64,000 nt of DNA from Callorhinchus milii (GCF_018977255.1 NW_024704742.1:25298001-25362000); one strand, 5' to 3'; positions 26,211-40,460 are shown, counted from the first letter of the stretch. Notes: generated by a model not told the origin, from the letters alone. Translations and numbers: made by a program.

Positions 26211-28059
26211 GCAGAAGCCAGTAAAAGATTAATCAGAAACAAAAAGTCAAGTCCTTCTGGACTTCTATTGTCTGCAGCCCACACACTATTCTGATAGGAT
26301 TTCATGCTAACTAGGAGAGATCAGCGGCTGAATGGCACTCCTATCAATCAACCGTGTGATGAGATTCACAAAGGAGCAGGAACCTTCTCTTGCTATTCAA
26401 AGTGCTGGGAGATAGGAAAGTAGTCAGGACTGCTGCACTGCGAAACAAATTTGTTTATAAATTCATTCCAAGAATTGAAATGAATTATTGATGAGCTGCA
26501 AGCAGTAGTAAGAATACCAAATTAAAGGTACAACATCTCTGTGTTGTACTCCTCTGTGCTGTGCCTCCTGTTTGCCATACCGCTCTGTGTATCCTCTCTA
26601 CTGTACCTTCTCTGTACTGTGCTCCTCTTCACTGCTCCACTGCTGTTCCCTCAGTCAGAGCACTATCATCTCTTTACAAGGCACATAGAGACAGGAATAC
26701 TAACACGTGTGTGCTCTCAGGCTTTGTAAAAAAAAAGTGCAATTTAATTTGACTGTGCGAATAATTTAGGCACAGAACTGATCCTAAGTACCAATGCAGC
26801 ACAGACAGAGTAGTGTGCCTTACAGCTTCCCTTCTCAGAAATATGTGAATAGGATTGGAGGTTAATATATCGCTGAGATGCAATTACGATAATTAGTTGT
26901 GGAGTAAAAGTTTATGTCTAAGGACGCGCTTTAACTAAATACAGTTGGAGGAACCCAAGTTAATTGGAGAAATAGCACATCCTTTTCTCATTTAAGTATT
27001 TTTACTTCACATCACTTCAATCGCTCGACTCACATCTGCAACCAACTGTATCCGCCACCCCCTCTGATCATTCCCTCCACTCAGCAATCACCTACCTGCT
27101 TCATGTCCCTGCTCCACCATCAATGGCCAACCTTTCACTATTTCTGCCCTGCTCTCTGGAACCCCATCCTGGAGTCCCTCCACCTTGCCCCCTCCTTCAT
27201 CACCTTCAAAACCTGCCTCAATCCACGACTGTTTTTTGAACGCTGCTGTGCGCAATTGGTTGCTGCGTTTCGCCCACATAATACACAGTCAATCCACTTT
27301 ACTATATGTTCTGTGAAGTGCTTTGAGGCGTCTCAATGACGTGATAAGACGTTATATCAAATGCAATCAATGTTATTATTTTAACACTTAACTTTTTGGT
27401 CACTTTTCCCCTTTCCTTCTCCAGCTCAGGTTCTAGTCAACTGTGCGAAGCACTCTGAAGCACAGTTGACTAGAAGCACAAAAGGAGCTATAGAAATATA
27501 AATTATTGTGGTTGTTGTCAGAGAATTTCAACAAGAATAACAACTTGTGCTTATATAACACCTTACACATAAGGACAAGTAAATGCCTCAAAGGACTTCA
27601 TAGAGCATAGTGGGAGTTAAGAGGTAGGTGACCAAAGGATTTCAGATGGAACAAATGTTTTTTTCAATTGCATTCCATAGTTCAATTGCATTCAATTGCA
27701 TGCCATAATTAATTTATTTTTGCAGAAATTTCTCATTGCCCAGAAAGTCATAGATGAGAAATTGATGGAGAAATTCAAGAAGGAGACGGATGGATACTTG
27801 CGAAGTCCAAATATTACAGGAATTCTGTTAAGAAATAGAGAGGCAAGATATTAAGGGAGGTAGTGGTGGACAGTTCCATGAAATGGTCTCTGGTGGAATG
27901 AGTTTCGTAGGCCAAATAACCTTCTCACTGTAATCTCATTTAATCATAGATTGGAGAATATTGAAAGAGTATCATTGAGACTGTTCATTTCAGTCTTAGC
28001 TTTCAAGTCAGTTTTCTATAGTTCTTAAAAGATCTTAAGGGGGTGGGGGTGTTGGATCA

Positions 28060-28290
28060 TGAGAAACTTCCTCATCTTTTCAAATAGTGGGATCATTAAC
28101 ACCCACCTGAATAGGCAGATGAGACCTCAGTCTAATGTCTCATCCAAAGTTCAGTGCCTCTTACAATGCATTGCTCCTCTACCCCTCAATGGAGTGTCAG
28201 CCTAGATTTTGAATTCAATGTCCCGACTTGGAGCTTGAACCCAAAGCCTCCTGAATCAGAGGGAGAGTGCTACCGACTCAGCCAGGTTAC
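28060..28290 (-). mobile_element. Deu-SINE subfamily B, 5' half
   Basis: Reverse complement of the B head and Deu domain. Confidence 0.7.
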
Positions 28291-29751
28291 CCCCATGTTT
28301 TGGTTCTTTGAGAAACTCTGAAATAAACGTTGTGCTTCTGAAGTATAGCAAACTGTGATTAAGATATTTGCATAATCTAATCTGATTAATGGTTTTATGA
28401 AGCTAACATTTATTTTCCAAAAAAAAGACTTCAGAATTTTAGATCTAAACAGAAACTAATTTTTTAAAAATTCCACTCCCCAAATTACATTGCCAATTTT
28501 GGACACTGTTGTATTGGATGGAAATCCAATCCTATTAGCTAATTGTGCAGTGATTTACAGCACTGAGCTAATAGAGAGTTTAATAAAGTATTAAACTACA
28601 GACAAGTAACACTTAATGCAATCTGGCTCCTGACAATTGGATCAAACTGGTGTTTTTAACTTATTACGATCAAGTGACTTGCGTTGTATCCTTGTTGGAA
28701 AACGCAGCCAAGTGTTAGAAAGACCCTTAATGTTTGAAGTGAGATTTTCTAATCGGCATTAAATAAAAGCTCCAGTAATTTGAAAATTGGACCTGCTTTA
28801 TATGTTTGACACATTAATTTTGATTAATGTGCTAAAGGATATGATAGCTTTTATGTTATTCTGTGATAATTCCCACTCTGTCTGGCAGTCCCAATCTTTC
28901 TCTATTTTAGGTATGTTTTCATTGGATTGCAGATTGAGTGATTAGTTCATTTTTCATTCTATTTATTTGCCAATGGGTATTGTGTTTCTAGGATCTTTAA
29001 TCTCGACTTACTAAACTTTTTTGAGACCGTATCATCTTTATAGCTTGTGGTGCATACACATATGTGTTACAGGCTTAACTCTAGATTTGGCTATTGAGTT
29101 AGTATTAGAATTCAATATTTTGTGCAGTGAATCCTGAACAACAATTAAAGATTATACAAGATCACAAGATCAGTTTTGATCAAGAAGGATTGTTGACCTC
29201 TGTTCTCAACCCTCTAGAATACCCTCTCTTGTTCTACTGCCTGGGTGCATCCTAAAGTATTGATCTGGGTTTCTTTCATGAATTCCTTTTAAAATTTTAT
29301 ATTCCTCTATAAAGTCCAATCTGAGAAATTTTCTCTCAACAAGAGCACAAGCTTGTCTAATCATTGGTGCTACCTAAAGTTAGCCCGCCCGCTAATTACA
29401 AACATGGTGACATTAACCACTGTGGTGGCCTGTCAAATTGCTTAGTGATGTAAGTTGAAGTTTCAGATCTCGAATTGCGCACTTTCAGGCCCACTTTTCA
29501 TATCAAATGAAAACAACAAGATTACATTTGTATAGAGTCAATATCCTGTAATGCATTTCAGCCAGATGGCATTATTCCGAGGTCACAAGGGAGGGACGGA
29601 GGGTGGGAGGGAGGGAGGTAGGAAATTTTAACCTCATTCTTTAAGGAACAGATTGTGTTTAGAAATATTGCAATATTGATCCCAGTATTTCTGAATGTCT
29701 ATTAATAGGTATAACACGAATGGTGATTGAAGAATTACTTTGCTTTTTCAG

Positions 29752-29853
29752 AGCTTGACTGTTGAACGCCTTGGTCGACGGCCCCTCCTTATTGGTGGAT
29801 TTGCTTTCATGGCACTGTTCTTCGGATTACTCACGGTTTCCCTGAATCTACAG
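29752..29853 (+). CDS. SLC2A9: SLC2A9/GLUT9 coding exon (GRR motif, TM9)
   Basis: ctttgctttttcag| ... |gtaaat; 102 nt; [34 protein letters not shown] with the sugar-porter E-x-x-GRR motif. Confidence 0.96.
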
Positions 29854-30579
29854 GTAAATAAGTGCCAGCATATCACAGCTGGAGAACACCATCCCATACA
29901 TACCGTGAAATTCACTATACATGACACTGTATAACTAGAATGTAGATTTTGTTTATAGTTAAAATTGATGCATTTGCCTTACATTTCCCATGAATACTCA
30001 TACAAACAAAGCTGAACATTTATTTATGCTTTGCACACAAGCAGACATTCCACATTCATAACATGTTGGCGTCAATGTATTGGTATATTTGATATTTGGT
30101 GTTTTAAATATACCTGAATTTCTAGGAGATGCTCCCACCCCAATTTTATTGGCAATGTCCTTGAAGCATTGGAGCTTACAGTCCAGGTTGACAGTCCATT
30201 GCAGTGCAGGATGAGTCCTGCTTTGCTAGTGGTGCCTTCAGATGAGATGTTAAACCAAGGCTCTATCTGCTTGCTCAAGCAGATGTTAAAGATCCCATGG
30301 CACTATTTGAAAAGAGTCACTACAGTAAATCCCGTGAAGCATTTGAGCATGTTTCAACGATGACATTGTGATAAGCGAACACATTATTGTTATTATTGTG
30401 ATAATTGGACACATCACACAAAATACAAATTGGCTGTAAGGCTACCTAAACACATTATTCCATCAGGACTTAAAGTGGCTCTATAGTACCACACCCTTCT
30501 TGCTTTCTGTCTGGCTTTCTTTCTCATGCATTTTTGTCCATGTGATTTATACAATGTTTGCTATATATTTTTCTTACAG

Positions 30580-30655
30580 AACAAAGTTTTTTGGATGCCT
30601 TACTTGAGCATTATTTTCATCATTGCTGTAATAGCGTCATTCTGCATTGGGCCAG
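30580..30655 (+). CDS. SLC2A9: SLC2A9/GLUT9 coding exon (TM10)
   Basis: tttttcttacag| ... |gtaaga; 76 nt, ends in phase 1; NKVFWMPYLSIIFIIAVIASFCIGP(G). Confidence 0.95.
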
Positions 30656-32057
30656 GTAAGATTTCAAAATACAGTATTGCAAAAGTTAATTACATTCATT
30701 CTTTCAAACAATGCTTATTGGAAATAAAGATGACAACATGCTTTCACTGTATTTTTTGTGTACGGCTTCTGCATTTGTTTGGATGAGCAATGCATGCATT
30801 CAGTGACTCCCGATGGGTTAGGAAGGTGGCCAAAATCACTAATAGAAAAGCACTTTCATTGTTCAGTTTAGCTTTAACCTCCCTCAATGTTATCGCACCA
30901 TCCTCCTTTGCCACATAATATGAATGATTTGTGAATCCACTTACTTCAGCTGCTTGGCACCTTTCCCATGTTAATTAACTGTCTCCACTTCTTACACTGG
31001 TGTTGTTTGGGCATTGACTGGCTCCTGATGTAGTGTCATTTGATTTAGTTCACTAACTGGCTCCGTGATAAGTTAAAAGAGAAACCTGGTGTAAACCTGC
31101 TTGGGATCTCTTTTTCTTTCTATACCATGTAATTAGATCTATGATAGCCAAAAAATAACTGAAAGCCTTATGTCAGGAAAAATAGGAGAGGGTAACTGGC
31201 TTTAAGCCTTTCATATCTGTTTTCCAGCATTATGATAGCAATAATTTACAATTGTATACTGCCTTTCATGTAAAATAAACTTCTCTAAACCCTTTACAAA
31301 ATACAGCAGAAACTACTTAAGTCGGACACATCAGGACAGGCCGTTTGTCTGGCTTAAGTGTCTTCCACTGTGTTAATGGATTAGAAATAGAAGGTGAATT
31401 TATATATAGACAAGCACAGCAACCTTTCGTGTGAGCAACTTCCTAATTTGAATTTGGTGGTAATTTTGGATTAGGAGAGCAATTTAAAACAGGATAACTA
31501 TCTGTTCACATTGAACATTACAAAAAAGTAAAATTACATAGTTTCTGACAGTTCTGCCACTGATGGACGGAGCAAGGGAATAGATTTTGGGAGGGAGTTT
31601 CAGAGGGCAGGAGCACAGTAACTGAGGTCTAAACATACCAGAAGTAAGTAAATATATAGATCTAGAATGTAAATGTTGATACTTTGGGGTGTGAGGTGGG
31701 GGGAAAGAAGGATTTTACTTCATGAATGCAATATGAGATAGATTTGAGCTAGCGCAATGTCCAGGTTATCTAACAGAACATACCTAAAATTTCACTTAAG
31801 TCAAATACCATTTGATTGCTTGGTGCCTCGGAGTGGAATGAATACTGTGCTACTGAATAAAAGCCTTTTATAAAGTGAAAGCTGCGAAATGCTGATGATG
31901 GCTTTTTCTCACTTCCACCTGCTCTGTTGACCTAGTTTATTCTCTTCCTTTCTGACACGCTGCACAAGCCCTAGTTGTTGTAATTAATTTTATATCAATT
32001 ATTTTTTAGTGACAAATGTAGAAAACCGCACTTCCCAGCGATTAGAAAATCCCAAAC

Positions 32058-32600
32058 TCCTAACATCCCAAACTCTGCAGCTCGTGTACTCTTGGGCACC
32101 AGGCTCCGTGACCCCATCATTCCCACCTTCGCCCGACTCCACTGGCTCCCCATCCCTCAGAGGATCGAGTTCAAGATCCTCGTCCTCACTTTCAAGGCCA
32201 TCCATGGCCTTGCCCCCTCCTACCTCTCTGACCTGCTGACTCCCTACCAACTTGCTTGTTCCCTCCGTTCAGCGGGATCCGGACTGCTCCATGTCTCCCG
32301 CCAGACCCACCCTACCATCGGTGGCCGGGCTTTCAGCCTCTCTGCCCCCCACACTCTGGAACTCCATCCCACAGTCCCTTCGCCTCGCTTCCTCCCTTGC
32401 CTCCTTCAAGGCTGGTCTCAAGACCCTCCTCTTCGATTGTGCCTTCGGTCGCCCTCCCACCTCACTGCCTTCCCTCACCCCTACCCCACCCTTCCCCCAT
32501 GCTCGGGTTGTGACCCTTGACTGTCCAGCGCCTTGGGACATCCTCCTGACATGAAAGGCGCTCTATAAATGTAATTTTGTTCCTGTTGTTGTTTGTTGTT
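32058..32600 (+). mobile_element. L2-type LINE 3' end
   Basis: ARLHWLPIPQRIEFKILVLTFKAIHGLAPSYLSDLL..GGRAFS..LWNSIP, then the tail and (ttg)n. Confidence 0.92.
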
Positions 32601-34017
32601 GTAACAATTTTCACTGCACTCCCAAGGCTCTAAATTTTATTTCAGACTGTAATTCTGAAGAACCTTGAGGTATTCAACAGCTTTATGTGGAAGCATATTC
32701 CAGTCTCTTCAGTGATGTGTAACACCCATCACAAGCCATTCAGCATTCAAGGCACAATTTCATCAAATGGGACATTGTAATCTGCTATGAGTTGATTTTG
32801 CAGTATTTCTTACAGAATTCTTAAGCAATTGTGGCGTCTGTGACACTAAATTAAGGCAGTGGCATTCCAATTCAATCTATCTTCAGAGAGGATGCCCCAC
32901 AAATCAGAGTGATGTCTGTAACGTACTTCCACTTACTGGAAGGAGCCTACTCAGATTTCTTCACTGAGAAATTTATTAAGAAATACCACAAACTTGATAG
33001 CCATGTTTTCATTTTGAATTTTGAGGCACTGCATCAAATCAAAGGCAAGAAGTAGTATTGTATACCTAAAGAAATGCTGCATGCTGGCTAGCTAACTGGG
33101 CGGTTGGTTAGATAATGTGTTGGTTAGTGGGCTGGTTTGCATAGTTGATGATATGATACGTTTATTGGCTGGTTTGTTGGGTTGGTTGGGTGGCTTGTTC
33201 ATTAGGTGGCAGTTAGTTAAGTACCGGTTTAGTTGGCTAGTTTGCTCATGTGGTTGCTTATCTATTTATTTGGCTGGCTGGTGCTGCAAAACTATAGTTT
33301 GTATTACCAGTTATATTGGCTGACAGCTTGATGCATTCTAAATGTTATAAATAAGCTTTAGCTTTTAAAAGTTATACTGCCTTCTAGATTTTTATACCAA
33401 TTTGGAATGAATTCCACTTGATTTATAGAAAACATCATCCTCACTGTTGCTGCTGTCTTCTCATCACATCCATATTACCATTGTATAATGCTCTTGCCTC
33501 AAGACTCTGAATACCATCTTAATAATTAGAACAGAGTTGGATTTAGAGGAATAGGCTTGCTAGTCCTTCTCCTTACCTTACTCCCATCAGACTCTTTAAA
33601 AATATTGTAAAGCACACAATAATAAAACTCCATTTAGCCCATCAAATTGGCTAAATTCCACAAACCACACAAAACCTATGCCATTGTGGGCATCACTCCC
33701 TCAGTCGTCTTGATACAGCTCCACACAGACTCTTCCAGAACCTCAAAGGACCAAGCAAAAACTTAGTGACAGTTTCAGATAGGAGTAAGGCATTGCTCCA
33801 TCTTACCTATCCATCCAACTTCTGAAAAGAAGTTGGATGGATAGCTAAGATGGAGCAATCCATCTATCCCATTACCCAGTAACCCAGAATCCTTTTTGTT
33901 TCCAGGAACTTGTCTAGTTTCTTTTTGAAAATGTTATTGAAGAATTCCAGAACATTCACAATCCTTCCCATCTAATCCATTAGACCACGATCTTTGATTC
34001 TCTAATTACAACATTTG

Positions 34018-34510
34018 CCTCTGTTTACCTGGAAGTAAGTAGGAACTTGGTTGACAATTGGCAGATTGCTTCTCCGTGGGTAATAAACCCTCCAAAAAAA
34101 AAATTATTTGGTCACTCAATTCACAACTATTTGGGGACACTGGGGTGTGCAATTGGCTGCTGCGTTTTGCCCACAAAATATGCAATCACTACACTTTACA
34201 ATAATAATAATCCTTGCATTTGATATAGCGCTTTTCACGTCTTTTAGACGTCTCAAAGCGCTTCACAGAATAGACTGTAAGGTGAATTGACTGTACATTT
34301 GTGGGCAAAATGTGGCAGCCAATTGGGCACAGCAGTGTCCCACAAACAGTCGTGGATTGAAATGACCAATTTATTATTGTTTTGTTTTGGAGGGATTATT
34401 ATTAGGCTCTGTGTGGAATAAGGAAACTGGCCCAAGGTTTCGCCCTGCCGGGAATTGAACCCAGGTGTCTCGCTTGCAAGGTGAGTGCTCTAACCACTGA
34501 GCTACAGGAT
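34018..34510. mobile_element. Two SINEs tail to tail: A' fragment (+, 34018-34200) and near-full A copy (-, 34201-34510)
   Basis: Deu cores in opposite orientations; the minus copy's (aat)n tail abuts the truncated plus copy. Confidence 0.85.
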
Positions 34511-35789
34511 TTGATCTGGATTAGTGTAGCTGAATTGTTATGCTTTATTTAAAGTCATTATTTGCTTCTTCCGCAAGCAACTGTTCTTTAGGGAAATGTA
34601 ATTCATTTTTAGGATTGACTCAGATTTGCAACCTTTTTTGAACCAGTTTCTAAATGAAAGGAGCATAACTTCAAAGTACATTATGTGTGAGGAACTTGTT
34701 AATCATGTTGCTTGCAACTTCCCTTCTTTGAAGATCCGTAGTTGAAATGTTCTTCTATAGACTCCGTGTGGCGGTGATTTAATTAAAAGTAAAGTCAAAC
34801 AGCTCTTTGACTTCATGTAAAGTAAATTAATTTCACTTTTTGCGCGTGTCGGGGTCTCCTTCCACCTGACATAAGCCCTAGTGCGAGAGTGAACAGGACT
34901 CCATTGTAAAACTGGCTTCCTGTAGATGCACAGACACCCCTCAGAGATTATCTCTCCTCATTGTCACCATTCCCTTCCCTCTTCAATTTTTTTGAGTTCC
35001 AGGCTTCCTCTTGAAGCTTGACAGCTGTGAAGCTGACTTGGCTGAGATTGGGAACTCAGCGCAGAGAATGAAGGTGTACAGCTCTTTGATCTCTTTCGTC
35101 TTTGGTGACAGTCCTACCAACCAGAATTCCATGGCACAGGGCTCTGTGTGACACAACCACACATCTAGTATTGATTGCTGAAAATTAAAGGAAGGATAGA
35201 TTATATCATGTTAGACAGAAAAAAACAAAAGGTATTTTATTAAAATAATAAAAATAGGAGGAAGTATATGGAGAAAGGGAGATTATGCAAAACATTTTAT
35301 TTCAGAGCATTTTTGTTTATAGTTTAGGTTTAGTTTCAATGTTACTGTCTAATCTGCTGGCATCTGAATAGCATTACCTCCGCAATATTACTGCTTGTGG
35401 GTAGAATAAATGCTTTTTTAAAAAGAAGAGAGGCTAATCAGTTCCCACGCCGTGCATTGATGTTAGGGTTTAAACAATAAATACAATGTTAATGTAGTTG
35501 AACCGTCAGTATACAATGTGAGTGTACTGTGGACATGCGGTATAGAGCTGGTACATTGCTCTCTGCTGTGCTGAGCTGCCAGCTTCCTGAGCATAGCACA
35601 CTGATGACAACAGCGACGTCATCGAGGAGCTTCCGACACTGAAGCACTGACAATGGCTGTGATCCGTCATTTTATGAGGTTCTAAATGTAACTGTAACCG
35701 GGAAGGGACTATTTGGGTTATTCGCTTCAGTTTATTTATCTTTTCTTACTGAAGATTCTGTTGGGAGCTATTTTATTCCACTTCCTTTC

Positions 35790-36098
35790 CTTCTCCTGCA
35801 AGCCGAAGAGCTAACGGGTAGGATGGTCCTAGTTCGACAAGCAGTGGGAAAGCTTGCCAGACAGTGCTCTCAATGGCAAGCTATGTGGTTTTAGTTGCTT
35901 AGACTCCAGCAGTACCCCAACTCACACTCTGGCGGAGTTAGGTAAGCAGGATGTGTCACTCCAGGGAGAGAGTGCGCATTCCATTCCAAAACATAGGAAT
36001 TTCCATGGGCAGGTGGGATGCATGGAATTCTCAGCTTGGTATGTATGCTCTTAAGCACAGTGATGGGTTTCCACATGTGTCAGCTGGACCAAACAAAA
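35790..36098 (+). repeat. Family C copy
   Basis: ggatggtcctagttcgacaagcag..agcttgcca..tggcaagct..ttccatg..catggaa..ggaccaaacaaaa. Confidence 0.8.
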
Positions 36099-37349
36099 TT
36101 CCTTCTGCAACTGATGCAGCACACTTCGATAGTTCATTCAGGGGAGACCCTTAGAGAAAAAACAAAGCCTTCTTAACAACAAAGTGACTTTATTGCAGAA
36201 TAATACAGATTAAATGCACAGTAACTGAATATTCTTCAGCCTCTATGAACATTCTTCCCCAACACGGCAGTATATTAAAAGTCTTTCACTACAGAATTGC
36301 GCAAGTATAAATATTCAAACGCCTATTAATATTTTCCAAACTAGCATGCAGGCCACTGTAGCACAATTTGTTATAGGAGACAGAGCCTCAATTTGCCACT
36401 AGAAGATTAAGAACTGTTCAGCCCAGATATCCATTTTATTTCTGGGTTGCAAAATATGACAGGTACAGTTGAATGCACTTTTATCTAAATCCTCCGGTGG
36501 ATGAAAAATTAATCAAAACCGTCAGAGAGTTAATGTGCAAGCAGTATGTGGTGCATCAGGAAGAACTGTAAATGCACTGGGTGATAGGCCTGGGGCATGC
36601 AATAGTCCTTTACTTGACAGAACCTGCCTGTTACAAGTTAACTTTCTTTGTGAAATTGTCTGCAGGAATATCAGGGGTCTGCGATAATGATAACCCTTGA
36701 ATATCATCCATCTGAGAACTCACAAATTAGCTACAGTGTTGTGCACAATTGCATGTGATTGATAACACAGATTCACTTTGGCAGCATTAAAGCAGTATTT
36801 TGGGTTCATGCATCATTCAGGAGGACAGGCCATATAGTGGTGATAAGGTTTTTTTTACTGCTCACTTCCTGTGACCTGAATAATGTTGCTGCAAATAACA
36901 CCTCTTTAGGAATCAACACCCCCCCCCCACCCTCATAGCTGTCCTCATAAAGTCCTTTTGGGTTCCCTGCTGACATTCACTACCCGAGTCACCTGGGAAG
37001 CACAACCTTTTAGATAAGGTATAGAATGTTCTCTGCCACCATCATGGAAACGTACCCTAGCCAGGGTCAGTGTGTTCGAGAGAGACGGAGGTCAGACTTG
37101 TGGAGAAAATTGTCAAAGCATTTTTAAATTAATGTGTTTTGAGGCTCTTAATTGAGGATTACGAGTCTGATATTATGATTATTAATTTACCAGCATGACC
37201 TTGTAATGAGATATCAGCAAATTGCTCCCTTATTTAATTACTTTTCACAGAGAATAGTTGTACTTTGGGATTGACCAGATGGACCTCAAAGGGCATTTCT
37301 TAATGTGATTACAATTCTATCTTCATTTGAGCACAGGAATATAAAGATT

Positions 37350-37765
37350 TACAAAGAATGTACAGCGCGGAAACAAGCCACTCGACCCAACCAGTGGCGA
37401 TGTTCCACAATCTTACTACCTTCTGAATGAAATAGTTCCTCCTAAATTCTCTTTTAGATCCCTTAGTCGCTATCTTATATCTGTGTCCCTTGGTTACCGA
37501 CTCCCAATCAGTGGAAACAGCCTATTTATGTTAACCTTATCCAACTCTTTTATAATTTTAAACACTTGTCTTAAGTCCCCCCTTAAACATGTCTTCTCTA
37601 GTGAAAAAAGGTCTAACCTATCCAGTCTATCCTGATAGCAGTAACCTGCCAACCCTGGACTCATCCTAATAAACCTATGTTTTAATCTTTCCCTCGCTGT
37701 TATGTCCTTCTTATAGTGCAGAGAAAAGAGCTGGGCACAATACTCTAAATGTGGTCTAACCAAGA
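37350..37765 (-). mobile_element. CR1-type LINE 3' end
   Basis: VRPHLEYCAQLFS.HYKKDI...RL..LDLFSLEK..LRGDL.QVFKI, the CR1 ORF2 C-terminus. Confidence 0.9.
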
Positions 37766-38534
37766 TTTAGCATAAATGTAACCATTAAATAATAAAATAA
37801 TAATATTTGCATTTGATATGCCTGTGTACCTTTGATATGTACTGCTTTAAAGTGCTTTACAAGATTTACTTTAAAGTACAGTGACTGTACAGTTTAGAGC
37901 GAATATTGAACATTCATAGTCCTGACTTATGACATCTCATCCAGTACATTAAAAGTATTAAAGTTATATGAAATCAAACACAGTCACCTTGTCCCCTGCA
38001 TTTTCTCCTCTGTATGTTTTTTTTACTGTTGAATCTTCATAACATGCGATCCATTCATTTATGAGAAGCCCTTAAATAAGGCTTGGCTTCCGGAAGACGG
38101 TTTACTAAGAATGTTATACCTGCTCCCTTGCTTTCTACGTTTGCAAGCCTCATTGCCTCAGCCTCATTATGTCGGAGAATCAATAAGAGGCTGCTGACCT
38201 CTCTATCCTCAGAAAATAAGCACAATAAATTGGATTGTAAAAATGTCAGTACTTTAATGATCAATAAAATCAGAAAAATAATACTTGACAGCTGCACCTA
38301 CATTAAACTGAGCTATTTCCAGATATACTTAACTCTGGCGAGTGGAGAATTCTTCATGGTGTGCTTTTACAGTGTCATTCCTGTCTCTTTTAGTATGGAA
38401 CGTTACACATCAAACCCCTGCTAGCCTGTTAACTATTCTGCACCCCATAAGGATATGACTCCCTTTGAAGTTAACCAATGATTCACCAGACTGTGTCTTA
38501 TTCGGTAACGTCTTGCTTTCCACTGACCAGTGAG

Positions 38535-39210
38535 TTAGTGACCAGAGGGCATCATTTTAACATAGTTAGCAAGGGAGCAAAAGAGGTTGATTAGGAGGAT
38601 TTTGTTTACACAGAGAGTTGTTATTATGAGGAATGCCCTGCCTAGTGTGGTGGTCAAGGCAAGATCCACATTAACTTTCAAGAGGGAACTTGCTTTCAAA
38701 GCCCTCCATGCCCTTGCTCCTCCCTACCTTCGTGATCTGCTAACTCCATACAGACCTGTCTGCTCCTTCCGCTCAGCGAGCTCCAGCCTGATCCATGTCC
38801 CCGTGTCCGGCCCACCCCATCATTGGTCGTCAGGCCTTCAGCCTCTATGCTCCCACCCTTTGGAAGTCCTGCACACAGTCCCTTTTCCTTGCCCCTTCTC
38901 TTGCCTCCTCCAAGGCCCGTCTCGAGACCCTCCTCTTCAACCGTCCCTTCAGTCACCCTCTCTGCCCTCCACCCCTCCTGATCCCAAACACCAGCTTGGG
39001 TCCAAATCCCTGACTACAGCACCTTGGGACAACCTCCCGATGTGAAAGACACTATACAAATGTAATTTGTTGTTGTTGGAACTAAATAGATATCTAAAAA
39101 GAAGTCTGGGGGGAAAAGCCAGGTAAATGTTTCTGAATGGATTGTTCTTTCAAAAAGTTATCACAGGCGCATTGGGCCGAATGATCTTCTGGGCTATACA
39201 TTTCTATGGC
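38535..39210 (+). mobile_element. CR1 3' end split by an L2 3' end (38691-39077) with target-site duplication GGAACT
   Basis: CR1 FTQRVV..NALP..VV..FKREL, then L2 FKALHALAPPYL..., (ttg)n, then CR1 resumes; ggaact at 38685-38690 and 39078-39083. Confidence 0.85.
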
Positions 39211-40309
39211 TCTAATTTACCTCTGTACGATGTAAGCTGGATATGGTGCTCTGTGATACAAAATATTATAGTTGTCTTCTCTGTAAAAGATCTTAAATGC
39301 AGTGAGAAAATGTAGGTTAGCCTCAGCTCTCACTTTTACAGGCACTGGTTACATTTTGTAAAACCATCTGTAACTTTTTAAATTAATATATCCTCATAGA
39401 ACTCAGAAGCATTCGCAGATCACATCTCCTGTGTCCTAGAATGGTGCCCTCTTTCAGATTACTCAGTTTTACATTTAACAAGGTCTTAACTTCACTGAGC
39501 GTGACAGACTCTGGGTGTGATAGAATCCTGGTGTGTGTGACAGACACTTGGTCTGAGTATTACAGATTCTTGGTCCCTGGTCTGGGTGTGACAGACTCCT
39601 GGTCTGGGCGTGACTAAATCAAGAGTCCCTGTTTACAATTGAAACTCATTATTCATGACCCCAATCAAACAGTGTTAGATTGTGCAGTTTAATATGGCTG
39701 TGAAGCTGGAATGAAGGCAGGGTAGGGTCTCTGGTTAGCACCGATAACTGGTTCAAGGTCTCCAATGTCATCTCCTCAGAGGACAAATGAGCTCATGAAT
39801 ATCTACGAGCATTCACTAAACTGTCAGCCTAGTGAGCTCTGACCTCATGAGCTCTGAGTCACCATTAAGCTAACATTATTGTGCAGCATTCTTCAATATG
39901 CAGATCATAACATGAGAAAGTATAGAGGGTGATGCGGCCTGCTATAAAGTAATGATGGAGGCCCGAAATTATATTATTCCAAAAATATCAACAACAACTT
40001 GGATTTATATAGTGCCCTCCATGACGGACGGCGTCTCAGAGCGCTTTACAGTAACGGATCCCGGGACCGAGCCAGGGGGAGGGGGAGGAAGGTGACCAAA
40101 GGCGCGGTTGAAAACAAAGGTCTTCTGTAGACTTAATTCTGGACTTATCAACTTACTTCTGGACTGAGAGTGTGGGTCCTGAATCTCAATCTACCTGTAA
40201 CATCTGAGGTTATTTATAAAATGGTTATTTATTACCCTGGTAAATCATAAAAGTGGGTCAGCTTCTATTCTGAAAAAAATCTAAATGCACAATGTATGCA
40301 CCACAGTGG

Positions 40310-40460
40310 GTCATCTGTCTCTGTTTTTTTTTGGCTGTTTGTCTCTCTGTCTGCGCCTGTCTGCCTTTCTGATGGCTTTGTCTTTCTATCTGTCTGTCTC
40401 GACCTGCTTATCTGTCTTTGAACTGTCTGCCTGCCTGCCTGCCTGCCTTTTGGCCTGCGT
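40310..40460. repeat. Degenerate (CTGT/CTGC)n simple repeat
   Basis: ctgtctgcctgcctgcctgcc tracts. Confidence 0.75.

Noticed and set aside
33085..33330. Hydrophobic ORF at 33117-33323
   Set aside because: Translation of a degenerate (ggtt/ggct)n low-complexity tract.
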